DNA of 64,000 bases from Utricularia gibba (GCA_002189035.1 NEEC01000018.1:248001-312000), one strand, 5' to 3'; positions 23,405 to 36,896 are shown, counted from the first letter of the stretch. Numbers and translations are program-made. Notes: a model not told the origin generated them from the sequence alone.

Positions 23405-24569
23405 TAAGAAAACATTTTTTTCAGTATCTTAGGACTACAAAATGAGTAAAATTAGGTTATAAAATTAGGATTTAATTCAATATTTCTGCATCTTCATGAT
23501 TAGTAATTTATTTACGTGTTTTTATTTCAAGTGGAAACTAAATCATGAATTTAGTCCCAATCCTTATTTTAACAATGCAGTACGTTTTCAACAATGTAAA
23601 TCCCAATGAGTTAAAAATGTATAGTGAAGATGACAGTAATATAGGATAAAAGCTGAAAATAGAAAACATCAAATCCTAAGAAGTCAAAAAATGGTGAATT
23701 TTGGATATGATGAATGAAAATAAAATATCTCCATTACTTGGAACAACATGCAACATTTATGGAGAGGGGGATCTGGTAGGAAATCATAGAAGAACCGAGA
23801 AGAATGGAGGAGACGAATTAGAAACCAAGCTCATCATTGAAGATTTTGTTAGTTTATTAGGAATAGTACTCCCAACTGGGAGTAGAGCCAAGAATTTAAC
23901 TTTTTGTGTTGAATTATTTACATTTCATTGCTATTATCTTTTTGTTGTTAAGGTGTGACATGAACATGTTTTCATTACTATGTTATGAATGTATTATATT
24001 ATTCAGTATAAGTGACTAAATATATGTGATACCTTAAGGTAGAAAGAGTGTGCATGATTATTACTTATTAGACTACCTTATTTCGGTAACTACACTAATT
24101 CCTTATCAAATCAGAATAGATTTAAGAGAGGTAAGTAGTGATATTCATCATAAACAATTATAACTAAAGATAAACTAAAAATTAGGAAAAACAAGAGTTT
24201 GGATAGAATTGAATCTTTGTTTGATAAATGATTGGTTAATAGGTTGGGTAGAATAAGTGTAGTAATGATTATACCACTTTTAGAAGCTTTAAGGTATTTG
24301 CATTACCTTATGGTAGCTACTAGTTGAATTTTCATATTATTTCTCTGCTGTATTTTATAGTTATATTGGTATTAGTTTAAACTTAATTTACCATTGTGAC
24401 AAACATTGAATGTGTCAATTTTCACATGACAAACTTATAACTCCTTGCATTCAACTTTAATCTACTATGCTCATATTTGTTATATGATTGAATATGCATT
24501 AGATTTATAAATTTTATTTGATAAAAAAAATTATATATTTAATGATGTGTACAAATTTTTCATTTATCA
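23405..24569 (+). mobile_element. Athila-like solo LTR, family A
   Basis: Collinear with 810-1958. Start TAAGAAAACATT aligns to TGATAGCACATT and the end is TTATCA. Perfect TSD AATAT at 23400-23404 and 24570-24574. Confidence 0.8.
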
Positions 24570-24913
24570 AATATCGTAGTTATAGATATGCTATAGCTAA
24601 TAAAAAATTTAAATTATATTTGAGGCAATAAGACTAAATATTTAAATATATTTATAGTAAATATGATGTATATTTGATGCACGCAATCAAAAATTTATTA
24701 TGGAGTAAAATATTCTTATTTTATATGCCAATTTTTTTGAGTAAATATGGCTTTGGGAGTTTGTATGGTGCACTCCAAGCTTCATCTTCTTCTAGGTTAT
24801 TCTTATTCAGGTGGTATTTGATCTGGTGAATTGGGGCACAAATTCTTTGTCTTGATATCTATAAACTCGTCGACGCTGCCCATCTACGGAGCCCTAATTT
24901 GTTGCCGTGAGCT

Positions 24914-27900
24914 ATGGCGTCGCAGAAACTCTCCAGAACGCCAGCGGAAGTCGAGGACATTATCCTCCGGAAGATATGGTTGGTCTCCCTCGTGGATTCA
25001 ATGGACAACGATTCTCGAATCGTTTATCTGGAGCTTACAGCGGCCGAGCTTTTGAGTGAGGGTAAAGAGCTTAAGTTGTCACGGGAGGTGATGGAGAGAT
25101 TCGTATTCGATCGCCTGTCCAGGAGTTATCAGGAAGCAGAGCCACCGTTTCAGTATTTAGTCAACTCGTATCGCCGGGCACACGAAGAGTTGAGAAAGAT
25201 TGGGTCAATGAAAGATAAAAACTTGAGATCAGAGATGGAGAATGTGGTGAAACTAGCCAAGAATTTGGCTGTTTCATACAGCAGAATTCATTTAGGTAAC
25301 CCTGATATGTTTCCTGATCATGATGCCAATAAACCAAACATTTCCTCGTTGCTGCCCTTGATTTTTTCTGAGGTCGGAAGCAGTCTTGATGCGTTTGGTG
25401 GGACTAGTGGGGGCATCACGGCACCCCAGGGTTTATAGAGGACTTCTTTAGGGATGCTGATTATGAATCCGTGGAGCCAATTTTTAAGCAGTTGTACGAG
25501 GACTTGAGGGGGACTGTGGTGAAGGTTTCAGCTTTGGGGAATTTTCAGCAGCCGCTGTTGGCATTGTTGTTACTGGTGAATTTTCCGGTGGGTGCAAAGG
25601 CGCTAGTAAATCATCCATGGTGGATTCCAAAAGGTGTGTATCTGAATGGAAGAGTTATTGAGGTGACCAGTATTTTGGGTCCATTCTTTCACGTGAGTGC
25701 ATTACCTGATCATGAAATATTCAAAAGCCAGCCTGATGTTGGGTGAGTGTTCGTTTTTTTCTGTATTCAATTGGCAAGTAAGCTGATCAGAATTTCTTCA
25801 TTTTATGGGTGATGTATTTTGTATGTTGGCTTTGTTTCTATTTTTTCCTAGATATCAAAAGGTGGATGTCAGTGTGTTTTCTTTGATGCATATGCTCATT
25901 TGTGTGAAACGTATAATTAAAAATCTGCTTGAATGAAAAATGAGCCTTTTTGCTGATGAAAAATGAGCCTTTTTGCTAATGAAACTGGAGGGAATCATCC
26001 ATGACATCATTCAATATGGTGCTTTCCTATACCTCATCCATTTTGTTCTTATTTTTTTTTTCCAGGCAACAGTGCTTCTCTGAGGCTTCAACACGCCGCC
26101 CAGCTGATCTTTTGTCATCCTTTACAACTATCAAAACTGTTATGAACAACTTGTATGATGGGCTAGCAAAAGTTCTTATGTGCCTCCTTAAGAATTTGAA
26201 TACTCGTGAAAATGTTCTTGAATATCTTACTGAGGTCATTTATAGGAACTCTTCAAGGGGGCATTTACAGGTTAGCTGATGGTGTCGTACATCTTTTTCT
26301 CCATGTGGCTTTCATTTTTGCTGAGTATGACCTCTTTTATCCTGTTCATAATATATCCAGGTTGATCCATTATCCTGCGCTAGTTCTGGCATGTTTGTTA
26401 ATCTCAGTGCTGTAATGCTTCAACTTTGTGAGCCATTTTTAGATGCCAATTTGACTAAGAGAGATAAAATTGATCCTAAATACGTACTGTACGGTGACCG
26501 GCTGGATATGAGGTTAGTTCTCAAGCCCTCCCTGTGTTATTCCACTTACTTTCAATTACTGGTGTTCTTTGTTGATGAATTGCTACTAGGCAGTTGACTG
26601 CTCTACACGCATCATCAGAGGAAATATCTGAATGGTTTGGCAGTCATGATTCAATGGTGGATAGCTCTACCAACACAGGTGACGGAAGTAATCGGCTCCA
26701 ACAATCTCATGAAGCTACAATGTCTAGCAATAAGGCCAAAGAGGCAACTGTACTCCAAAATAGCAATACATCTTCCACGAGTACTGTGAAAGCTAAATAT
26801 CCATTTATATGCGAGTGTTTTTTCATGACTGCTAGAGTCCTTAACCTTGGGTTGCTAAAAGCATTTTCAGACTTCAAATACCTCGTTCAGGTTATCAGAC
26901 AATAGTCCTTGTTGTTTTCCCTCATAATTTAGAATTTCCATCAATTTTTGCCTATGAGATTTCAGTTGAAGTTAATCATTTGGATGTTTATTTTATCTCA
27001 GGATATTTCTAGATGTGAAGATGCTTTGTCATCTTTTAAGGCCATGCAGGAGCATGCACCTTCTCCTCAACTGCAGCAGGATATTTCTCGTCTTGAAAAA
27101 GAAATCGAGATGTTCTCACAAGAAAAATTATGCTATGAAGCTCAAATAATGAGGGTATGGTGGTTGTCTTGTTTTAGTATGTGCGTTGTGCTTGATATCC
27201 TAAACATATTTAATGGTTAATATCAAATTATGTTACATCATTTTGGTTCCTAGGTGCGTATTTGCATACTGATTTTATCCGTATGTTCCATGCTGATGTA
27301 TTCTACATTTTCTGACGTCAGTCTGATTTGAACGGTGCTTACCATATTCCTCATTGTTAAATTCATCTTTTTCTTCTAGGATGGTGGATTTTTTCAGCGT
27401 GCACTATCTTACTACCGCTTAATGGTAGTCTGGTTGGTCGGGCTCATTGGTGGTTTTAAAATGCCTTTGCCCTCAGCATGCCCAAGGGAATTCGCTGCTA
27501 TGCCAGAGCATTTCGTAGAGGATGCCATGGAGATGCTAATTTTTGCTTCACGCATTCCTAGGGCTTTGGATGGTGCTGTACTGGTAAATAGACCGTTTTT
27601 GAGTGGGCTGTCGTACTTATCTTCTATACGTGACATGCCGTGTCCTTGATTTTTTTCTTATACAGGATGACTTTATGAACTTCATTGTCATGTTCATGGC
27701 CAGTCCTGAATACATCCGAAATCCTTATTTAAGGGCGAAAATGGTTGAAGTCCTTAACAATTGGTTGCCAAAGGGAAGGTATGACAATCAAGGATTATAA
27801 TTATAGTAATCGTTTCATCATTCAATATTTTAGTGCTGTCTGTTTCTCAGACTCTAAAATAATTTGTGCCTGCAGTACGTCAAAGGCCACCGAAACTATG

Positions 27901-30003
27901 TTTGAAGGGCACCAGTTATCTCTTGAGTATCTAGTAAGGAATCTACTGAAGCTTTACGTTGATATAGAATTTACAGGTTCCCACACCCAGGTTCGCATCA
28001 GTAATTTTTAAATGTAGCGTCAATTGACTTCACATTTATTTTATTCACTCTTAACCATATGTGGTTCTTTTATTGATTTTTATAGTTTTATGACAAGTTC
28101 AACATCCGCCACAACATTGCCGAACTCTTGGAATACTTATGGCAGGTTCCCAGCCATCGTAATGTTTGGAGAAGGGTAATATTAAGGTCTCCTTTCGTTC
28201 ATTGTCCAACAATTTTAATTTTGTCTGAATTGTTTTTTTTTTTCCACTTGTAATTTAACAGATTGCAAAAGAGGAAGAGAAGGGCGTATATCTCAACTTC
28301 TTGAACTTTTTAGTGAATGATAGCATTTATCTTTTGGATGAGAGTCTCAACAAAATTCTTGCACTTAAAGAAATTGAAGCTGAGATGGCTAATAAAGTTG
28401 AGTGGGAGGCGAGACCTATACAAGAGAGACAAGAGAGAACTCGGCTTTTCCACTCCCAGGAGAATGTCAGTATTTCATTTTCTATTTTTTTTAATATCTT
28501 CTAGTTTGATGAACTTGTTAACGAGCATCTCATTGGAATCCGTAGATTGTTAGAATTGATATGAAATTGGCGAATGAAGATGTCAGCCTGCTGGAATTTA
28601 CCTCTGAACAGATTACAGCGCCTTTTCTGCTACCTGAGATGGTATATCTCTAATCGTTCTGGCAATGAAACTTCGATAAGTATGAGATTACCATTTCTGC
28701 TATTTAACATCCAGGTTGAAAGAGTTGCTAGCATGCTAAATTACTTTTTATTGCAACTTGTGGGCCCACAACGGAAATCACTTAGTTTAAAGGACCCTGA
28801 AAAGTATGAGTTTCGTCCAAAGCAGCTGCTGAAGCAGGTATGGTGTTACAGCTCATTTTCCTATATGCCTTCAAAATACGTCGCCTGTGAATTCTAAGAT
28901 GTTTTCATGGCGTAATGTTTTGAACTTGCTGTGTGGTTTTAATGCTGTTGATTCTTGAGAGCATCGTCAGTATGTCCTGCACATCAAGACAAAACAATAG
29001 AGGCCCATTTTCCTTATATTAGTGAAGATAATGTCGTAGAGCGTGATCAGTGTATAACCCTTTGAAAACTTCGTTTATTGTAACCCCATTTTGTGATGAT
29101 GGCACATGAAGATTGTCCGTATATACATCAACCTCGCTAGAGGAGACAAAGATAATATCTTTCCAGCAGCCATCACGAGAGACGGACGTTCATACAATGA
29201 ACAGGTATTGTACCCTCACTGCCGAAGTACATGAGGTGTAATGCAAAATCAAATCCTGTCAATATTGTGTAGAGTTTCTGACTTTTCACTCAGCATATCA
29301 ATCTTATCTCTATTTCTGGTGAGGATATCAGTTATTTGGTGCTGCATCGGATGTCCTCCGAAGAATAGGGGAAGATTCCAGAACAATGCAAGAATTTATT
29401 GATCTCGGAGCAAAAGCCAAAGTTGCAGCTTCTGAGGCGATGAATGCCGAGGCTGCTCTAGGAGACATACCTGATGAATTCCTTGACCCAATTCAGGTAC
29501 TTCCCGTTATGCAATTCTCATCATGCCCATGTGTTGATCAAGCATGTGTTTCGCATGTATAAAGAACACTAATTGAACCATGGCGTATACATTTCTTATG
29601 CGTAAATAACACTCATCGATCCTTCTTCTCACGTCTGGTGTGATCTTTGGTGTGATTCCAGTACACCTTGATGAGGGACCCTGTCATTCTGCCTTCATCA
29701 AAGGTCATCGTCGACAGACCTGTCATTCAGCGGCATCTTTTAAGTGACACGGTACAAATACTATACTCCATGAGTTAACCACTCATTCAGTGATGCCGAG
29801 TGTTTTGGTTTTTGTTGTCGCAGACGGATCCCTTTAATCGATCCCATCTCACTGTGGACATGCTAATACCGGCTGTGGAGTTGAAGGCAAGAATCGAGGA
29901 GTTCACGAAGTCCCAGGGACTGAGACATGGAGGAGGGGACTTGAACATTACAAGCACGAAGACCAACATACACACAACTGATACGTCCTCTCTGATCGAG
30001 TAG
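24914..30003 (+). CDS. UFD2: Ubiquitin conjugation factor E4 (UFD2/UBE4, Arabidopsis MUSE3-like), U-box protein; 16 exons: 24914-25742, 26066-26270, 26361-26512, 26590-26890, 27002-27154, 27380-27583, 27666-27778, 27876-27990, 28086-28175, 28262-28465, 28546-28641, 28715-28837, 29112-29204, 29332-29496, 29662-29751, 29824-30003; 1-bp frameshift at 25424-25427
   Basis: [75 protein letters not shown] and U-box [23 protein letters not shown]...[13 protein letters not shown] junctions are consistent throughout. Confidence 0.95.
25933..25978. repeat. 23-bp tandem duplication in UFD2 intron 1
   Basis: ATGAAAAATGAGCCTTTTTGCT(G/A) x2. Confidence 0.85.
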
Positions 30004-30217
30004 TAGCAGTTCGCCGTGGATACTCGTGTGTAAATAACCCTCTTTACCCTGCCCGTGCGTGCGTTTTGCCGTAAATTATTTTCTCTCATCCCGAAATCAA
30101 ATGTACCAAATCAACCATCTCTACTGTTAACTGCCCTCTTTGGATGGTAAGTTATACATGATATCAATTATTGAAAGCATAAAGAGTGGCAAGAAAGCCT
30201 CTTTAAAAGCCAGCGTT

Positions 30218-31637
30218 TCAGGCATGAGGAGATGTCTTCCTTGAAATGATGTCGAAGCTCACTCCATTCTCTTGCAGCCGGCTTTGGAGATCCGTGGGGC
30301 CGAATACGATACCAGGTGTGTAAACCCCGCCTTTCGGAAGACTATCCCTTTGATCAAGAACAACCAGTGCACACTGAATGAGTGTGATTGGGGTAGTGAT
30401 GTATCCGATCTCGGGCCCCGTTACCCTCGTCACCACCTGAGTATCAGGTTTCTTGCAACCCTGTGCAGCGGCACCGTCAGAGAATCCTCTCCCAATGAAC
30501 CACATCTTGAAACCAGCACTCGCAACTTGATCTTCAGAGGGCCCTTCCTTTTTGAACCATCCTGCACTGAAAAAAGATGGGAATTTGAGGAGCAACCATC
30601 TTCCTAACGATGATCTGCACAGCAATGCCAGGAATATCCCAAGGATGATAGAAGGGAGCAGCCCAAGGATCGATTTGCTGCTCAGCTTCACCCCAAAGTG
30701 CGCAGGTTTCACTGAAGACCAGAAAATTCTCCTTGCTGTAGCCTTTTCATCATTTTCTGAAACACCAGGTAAGCCTTCAGGGTTTTGAGTGAGTGTCGAA
30801 AATGTCCTGCGGATGACAGTGGAGTCTGCAGATGGTAGCTTCAGAGCCCAGAGTCCGAGCTCCTTTTGATGCTCAAACAGTCCCTTTGGAGGTCCGGGTC
30901 CTGGAATCTGAAACGAAGTTTATGTCAAAGAGAAGAATTCTGGAAAGAGTGGAAGCAAGAAGGGGATGTATTACTGTAGGTCTGGGTCTTCTTGGCCGGG
31001 ATTTCCTCAGCTCCGATAGCTTATCGGCGTTCGCAACCCCGAGAACGAGGGACTCGTAGGTTCCGTAATTCCCGACGATCTTCTTATCGGATTCTAAGCT
31101 CAAGTAGGCTTCCACCTGATTGGGAACAGAAGGATCCGTCCACTGCCTAGCGTGAAACAGCAGCCCGAGCTCCGCCGGAATGGAATCAAAACCACAGGCG
31201 GAGACAATCAGAGATCCATTGTCCGCTGCCGTGTCGTGATAAATCGCTTCCATCTTCTCCATGAACTCCGGTTCGCCACAAATGTCCAAGTAATCGCACC
31301 CCAAATCCGCGCACGCCTTGACAACGGGCTCGCCATATAGACGGAAAGGGCCGACGCAATTCAGTATGATCTTAGATTGGACGGCGATACGAGCGATGGA
31401 ATTGAAGTCCGTTGTGTCGGCGGCGAGGAGGGGGAGCTTGGGCGGCGAAATTGGGGCGGTAGCCCACTTGAGGGCTTCGATCAGTCTCGAGGTACTTCGG
31501 CCGGCTAATGCCAGGGTTTTAAGCGGCGAGTTTGGGACATTGAGAAACTTGAGCGCTTCCCTGAGAACGTATTTCCCGGTGAAGCCAGAGGCCCCCAAGA
31601 TGACGACGTCGTAGGGTTTCAGGGTTTTTTCCGCCAT
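30218..31637 (-). CDS. Saccharopine dehydrogenase-like oxidoreductase (At5g39410/SCCPDH-type), ~450 aa; exons 31637-30975 and 30907-30218
   Basis: Rossmann motif YDVVILGASGFTGKYV, ILNCVGPFRLYGEPVVKAC, YLDICGEPEFME, SACGFDSIPAELG and GPEIGYITTPITLIQCAL...KGGVYTPG. The 67-nt GT/AG intron gives an open spliced frame. Confidence 0.9.
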
Positions 31638-31740
31638 AACCGCCGACCTTACGCGCTTGTTCAGAAGAAAAGGGCCACGAATCGTGACCCAACTGGATAG
31701 AAGTGAATGCAGGAGCGCATTGTTCACCAAATCAGTATCC

Positions 31741-34700
31741 CAGCGATTACGAACCAGTTTTCGAAACCGGACCGGTAACACACCGGTTCGGTTTTGAAAC
31801 CGGTTCCAACCGGTCAAACTTGGAGATTGACCGATCATAAAATATTAATATTCTTATTAATTTTTAGTAATAAAAAATATAATGTGTGAATTATTGATAT
31901 ATCAACTACCAATCAAAAAATAAATTCCTCTAAAAAAATGAATGATTGAAAATGAATCCAATGGTCCAAAAAACAAACACGGTTGAAAATCAATGTCAAA
32001 TGTGCTAAGCTATTAAATAGCATAATTTCTGTATTCTCATTAATAAAATTACCCATATCAAAATCATATTCCATTTCCTCATGATAATCATTTTCATCAT
32101 TTATGATTTCATTCCCAAGCATGTCTTCACCATTCAATTTCAAATTGAATGGTGTTTAGAATTTCATAATATAAATTATCATCATATTGAATTGCTTATA
32201 ACATTGGAATGTCAAAACTTGTAGCAAATACATGATTTTATAAATTCTGAAAAAATTAATCAAAAGATGTTGACAAATTAAGAGCATATTAACCATTATT
32301 CTCATTATCTTCAATTCTTGTTGGTAAGAGTTCTTCATAAAGAGTACTTTCAATATCCTCAATATGAAAAAATGGATCATCATCATCCTCATTAACCCAA
32401 ATATCAATCTCATCAATATAATTGATATCAATAGGGTCATAATACTCACCTTTAAATTGCCATCTATAATTTAAATACATATACAAGTTGTAATACATAG
32501 TGTACATCAACGAAATTCAATTGATAAATCACAATATAATCAAAAGAACATACCTCTTTTGAAGTTTACCATTCTATTGTATAGACACGAGATCATTAAG
32601 TCGTTTATGCTCTAACGGATTGTGTTTCTTGATATGCATATGATAAAAAACTTTCCAATTCTACTCACAACCAGAGAATATGTTTGTCTAAGAACCTTCA
32701 CACCAATATCCCTTATCAATGGGGTACTTAAACCAAAGAACTTCTACCATTGAGCTATAACACAAGTACACATGATACATAGCAATAATAAATATGAAGT
32801 ATCAATAAGCTCAAAGAAAATGATGTAAAGGTAATATTATATTCTTGGCAGCTCATCAAGCCACTACTCTTGCAAACATATTTTTTTTCCTAAAATAATT
32901 CATTTATATCTGTTGCGTGTCGTTTCCTCAACAAATTTTAAATATTTAAAACGTAAAACACCAGAAAGCGTAGTACGAGTATCGATCACAGGGAGTTGTT
33001 TTTCGTGGAAAGTGTTTTGTAAGAAACTTCTACAAAATGTCACGGTTTTGTAAAAGATGGGTTTTTAAGATGCAGAAAGAAAAGTTACAACCTAAGTGAT
33101 GGGCCTTAACTACGATACGCAGTTCCTGGGAATAAGACTCCATCTCCTTCCTTTGTCCGTCCTTGCCTCGGTCTTCACTGATTTCTTCCAAATAGCTGGT
33201 TATAGGAGCAAAAAATAGCCTACTCTCCCTTACGCTCTGATTGACAAGGAGGCACGGGAATAGCCTCATGTAATTCCCCCTTGGAGGATTAGGAAGACAA
33301 GAGGATTGCCTTCGATTGCCTTCAAAACCGAATTGTGCGCGTGCGCCCAGCTGTTGCTGGGCCAGTGGCAGGTCCGAGGTCACAACCTGTCCACTGTCGT
33401 GGTACCTAGGCCACAAACAATCTGCTACTTCCCTCGAACCGGCAGGGTTGGAGTTGGTGCTCTTCATCTTGATCTTCATCAAAATCCGTGAGGAGTGGCC
33501 TGCTACTCATGAACCTTGACTAAGAGTCGTTACAGAAAGACTGCAACAAGACGCGTGGAAGTATACAGAATCCGAATTGAATTTAATGAAGAATCGAGTG
33601 AATTGCTCAGGACTTGGAAGGAAACTTCATCTACTTCTCAGAAGCTAAAGGTTTTTAGCCCGAAAGGGCCATGAAAACAAAAATGAAATTGAAAGTTAAG
33701 TGTTCTTCCTCCTTGGAGGGGAGGAAGAACTCAAAAGTCTAAATCTACAAAGGAAATGGCAAAAGTCTGGAACTAAGTGCTTCAAGTGGTTTTTATATGA
33801 CTTCCCACGTGCATTAACTCCTTTGGGTCCCCTTTCCATAATTCCTTCTGTCTTGCGTATGCCAACAAACTTTCTTTGTGTGCAAGTTTGCACCCAATCA
33901 TTGTTGCAGACTCTGACATGCCGTAAGTAAGGGGCCTTGACTAGTGTCAGTCTTCCGCCCACAATCATTCCAACTCGCGTACAAGGCACGAAAACTCAGA
34001 GTCTGACCACCTGCAATACTCCTGCAACACTTTATGACAGTCTCCTGACATGTCTTGGTCAAAATGTGAGAAAAAAGATATAAAATATACACAAAATGGG
34101 AAAATATGAATTTTCTAGTAAAAATCAAATACTTAATAATAAGACTCCTAATTTGGATGACTTCATACATAATTAACACATAATAATACCTAATAATTAA
34201 CTAGAAAATGACACTTAACAATATCACATCCCCATTGATATCATTCTCACCAAAATGCTAAAAGATGTCAATGACATCATCAACAACATTTATTCATTCA
34301 CTTGCATGTCCTTGATCATATTGAAAATATGGATTCAAGAAATAATCTGCTATATGAATTTGCTCTCTAAACTTATCATCCCAACATCTATCAATGATTT
34401 TTGTAAATGCACCATAGATTTTTTCATTTTGACCACAACATGCCTTCATTGTTTCAATCACCTTTATCATGCTCCCATAAACAAATCCAATTGTTGACCT
34501 TTTTTCCATATTAACAATCCTTAGAAAATTCATAAGAGGTTTAAGTATTGTGATTATAACCTCACATACATTCCAAAAGTTCGGATCTCTAACAATTTCT
34601 TTGAACTCAATCTTTTCTATCTTTTCCCAATATGGATTTCGAAAAGCGTCTATTTAACTAAAGAGCTTGAAGATCATCTCGATGAGCAACAAGACTAGAG

Positions 34701-35600
34701 AGAGCAATGAAGTTTGCTCAAAATATAGTCCCCAATGATGTGATTATTTCTCTCCAACTTTCTCTTTTTCATAACCATACAAGCCAATGACCATGGCTAT
34801 CTACAAATCCTGAAAAAAAAAATAGATGCTCTTTCAATTAGTAGCTTAATAATACGCAACAATCCAATATTTTTGAACATTAAGTTGATACAATGAGCTA
34901 TACATGAAGACCATACAAATATGCCATAGTGCAACAATAAGCTCCCTACTTTACGGAAATTGCTTGCATTATCAATAATAACCTAAACAACATCTTTTTG
35001 AGTCAATCCACTCAATGATTTCCACAAACAATAATAATAATATCTTTGCATCCTTAATCTTGGATGACAAATTAACAGATTTATAACATATAGTTCCATT
35101 AGAACTATACATCAAGAAATTCACCAAAGACCTAGAGCTCATATCAGTCCAACTATCAACTATCACAATTGTACCAGTTTCAGCCCAACTACTTCTTAAA
35201 CAATCTATCCAAAGCATCACTTCTTGTTTAACATGTTTCATAATAGAGATGCATAACTTGTAATATAATGAAATTTCTAAAGAATTACTCAACTTTGAAA
35301 CTGAAACTAACATTTTTATAAAACTATTAGATCTACAGGTACGTAGAGTAATACCTGTATCATGAAAAAACTTTCCAATAAGAATTTTGGTTTTTACTAC
35401 TGCATTCTTCTCAATCAAATATTTATTCATTATAGATTCCTTTTTGGTTGACTTTAACACTTACACCATCTTCTTCAAAGTTGTTTTCTTCCAAATGAAA
35501 TATATCATAATCACATAAAGGTTAGATTGCTCACCAACCTTTCTTTTCTGATTGTTAGATGATTTAGAATTTAATGTTTTACAAATATATTCTTTCACAT
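31741..35600 (-). mobile_element. Decayed hAT (DUF659-type) transposon, interrupted by a solo LTR
   Basis: AACCGG-rich subterminus at 31741-31815. Transposase remnants SWAETGTIVIVDSWTD...LVNFL (34972-35460), IDRCWD...HIA.YFLNP (34294-34533), eroded dimerisation domain (~32560-32700) and YDPIDINYIDE (~32430). The far TIR was not found. Confidence 0.8.
32911..34220 (-). mobile_element. Athila-like solo LTR, family B
   Basis: Minus strand TGTTAAGTGTCATTTTCTAG...GACACGCAACA, collinear with 3527-6129. Perfect TSD ATATC at 32906-32910 and 34221-34225. Confidence 0.9.
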
Positions 35601-35689
35601 CCAAATGAACTTTTAAGCATTTCAACATCTAACCTTTGATATAGTCATGCTATACAAAACTATTTGACCAAACCTTTTTAGATTATTGC

Positions 35690-36740
35690 ATAGGTAGGAA
35701 AATTTTGGATTGTGAACTTTATTGACCAAACCTTTTTAGAAACTGCTATATTTACACCAAAGGATGTGAACCATGCCAAAGAATTGGGAATTTGTCCAAT
35801 AAAAATGGAAATTCCCCAACAAGGAATTCTTGTTTATGAACTATTTGATGCTTGGGATATTCATTTTATGAGGCCATTTCTCACATATGCAGAATTTAAT
35901 ATTATTTTAGTTGTAGTTGATTATATATCAAAGTAGATCGACGCAATTCTCACAAGTGTGGATGATGCAAAAACAATGATAAACTTTTTACATAAAAATA
36001 TCCATGTGCACTATGAGACTCCGAAGGCTTTAATTAGCAACATGGGTACTCATTTACACAATCAAGCCTTAAGGAATGTGTTGAAGTCATTTGATATTTG
36101 ATATAAGCCTTCGACAATGTATCATCTTCAAACAAATGAGTAGACAGAGGACATAGAGTGAAACAGTGAAAGTGGACACAAGAAGATGTTAAAAAAAATG
36201 TAGTCAACAAGAGGACATAGAGTGAAACAAAGAAAAAAAAAACAAAAGGACCAATAGTGAAAGTGGAAAAATTGAAAGAGGAAGCTGATAGTGAGGGGGA
36301 ACAAAGGCAAAAGGGTAAAATTTTTTTTCTGAAACTTGTTCCATTTTTTTTTTTGAGTTTAGGAAGACATGTGAACAAAGTAAAAGGGAAATCATATCAA
36401 AGAATGACCAACAAATGCATCCCTTATCTCAAACGTCATGCAAACATGCTCAACATCAAGTACCTGACCTTAGAGAATGAGGAACATGCAGACAGGTATA
36501 ATGAGTTAAATGGAGCAAAGGTTATGCTTTTATTGATCATTGATTTTGAGATTTTAGTGACATTACTGAAAAAATTATATTCCATGCTTATAGAAAATAC
36601 CTTGTTAACTATATGCGATATGAACTAGCCATCTTACATGTAATTAGTTTATGAATTTGCTTCGACTTTCTCATATGAAAAACCAGAGCTATAGTTACAT
36701 TCAAGTTATTAGAGAATGTTTTTTTTTCTTTTCAATTGTC
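35690..36740 (+). mobile_element. Athila-like integrase remnant and downstream degenerate internal region
   Basis: MEIPQQGILVYELFDAWDIHFMRPF....NIILVVVDYISK matches the Athila integrase core (EMPQ..IL.vE.FDvWgIdFMgPF...YILVaVDYvSK). Confidence 0.75.
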
Positions 36741-36745
36741 GAGTG

Positions 36746-36896
36746 GAATGTTCATTAGGATTGTCTTTTGAAAGAATGTTCATTAGGATCGTCTTTTGAA
36801 AGAATGTTCATTAGGATTGTCTTTTGAAAGAATGTTCATTAGGATCGTCTTTTGAAAGAATGTTCATTAGGATCGTCTTTTGAAAGAATGTTCATT
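36746..36896. repeat. 28-bp minisatellite, 5.4 copies
   Basis: GAATGTTCATTAGGAT(T/C)GTCTTTTGAAA starts at 36746, 36774, 36802, 36830 and 36858, with a partial unit at 36886. Confidence 0.95.

Noticed and set aside
33030-33989. Several 60-150-aa ORFs as small genes
   Set aside because: All are inside the TSD-bounded solo LTR, and similar spurious ORFs occur in the other family B LTR (5116-5933).
36746-36896. CRISPR-like array (28-bp repeats)
   Set aside because: Units are head-to-tail with no spacers, there are no cas genes and the context is eukaryotic; it is a minisatellite.
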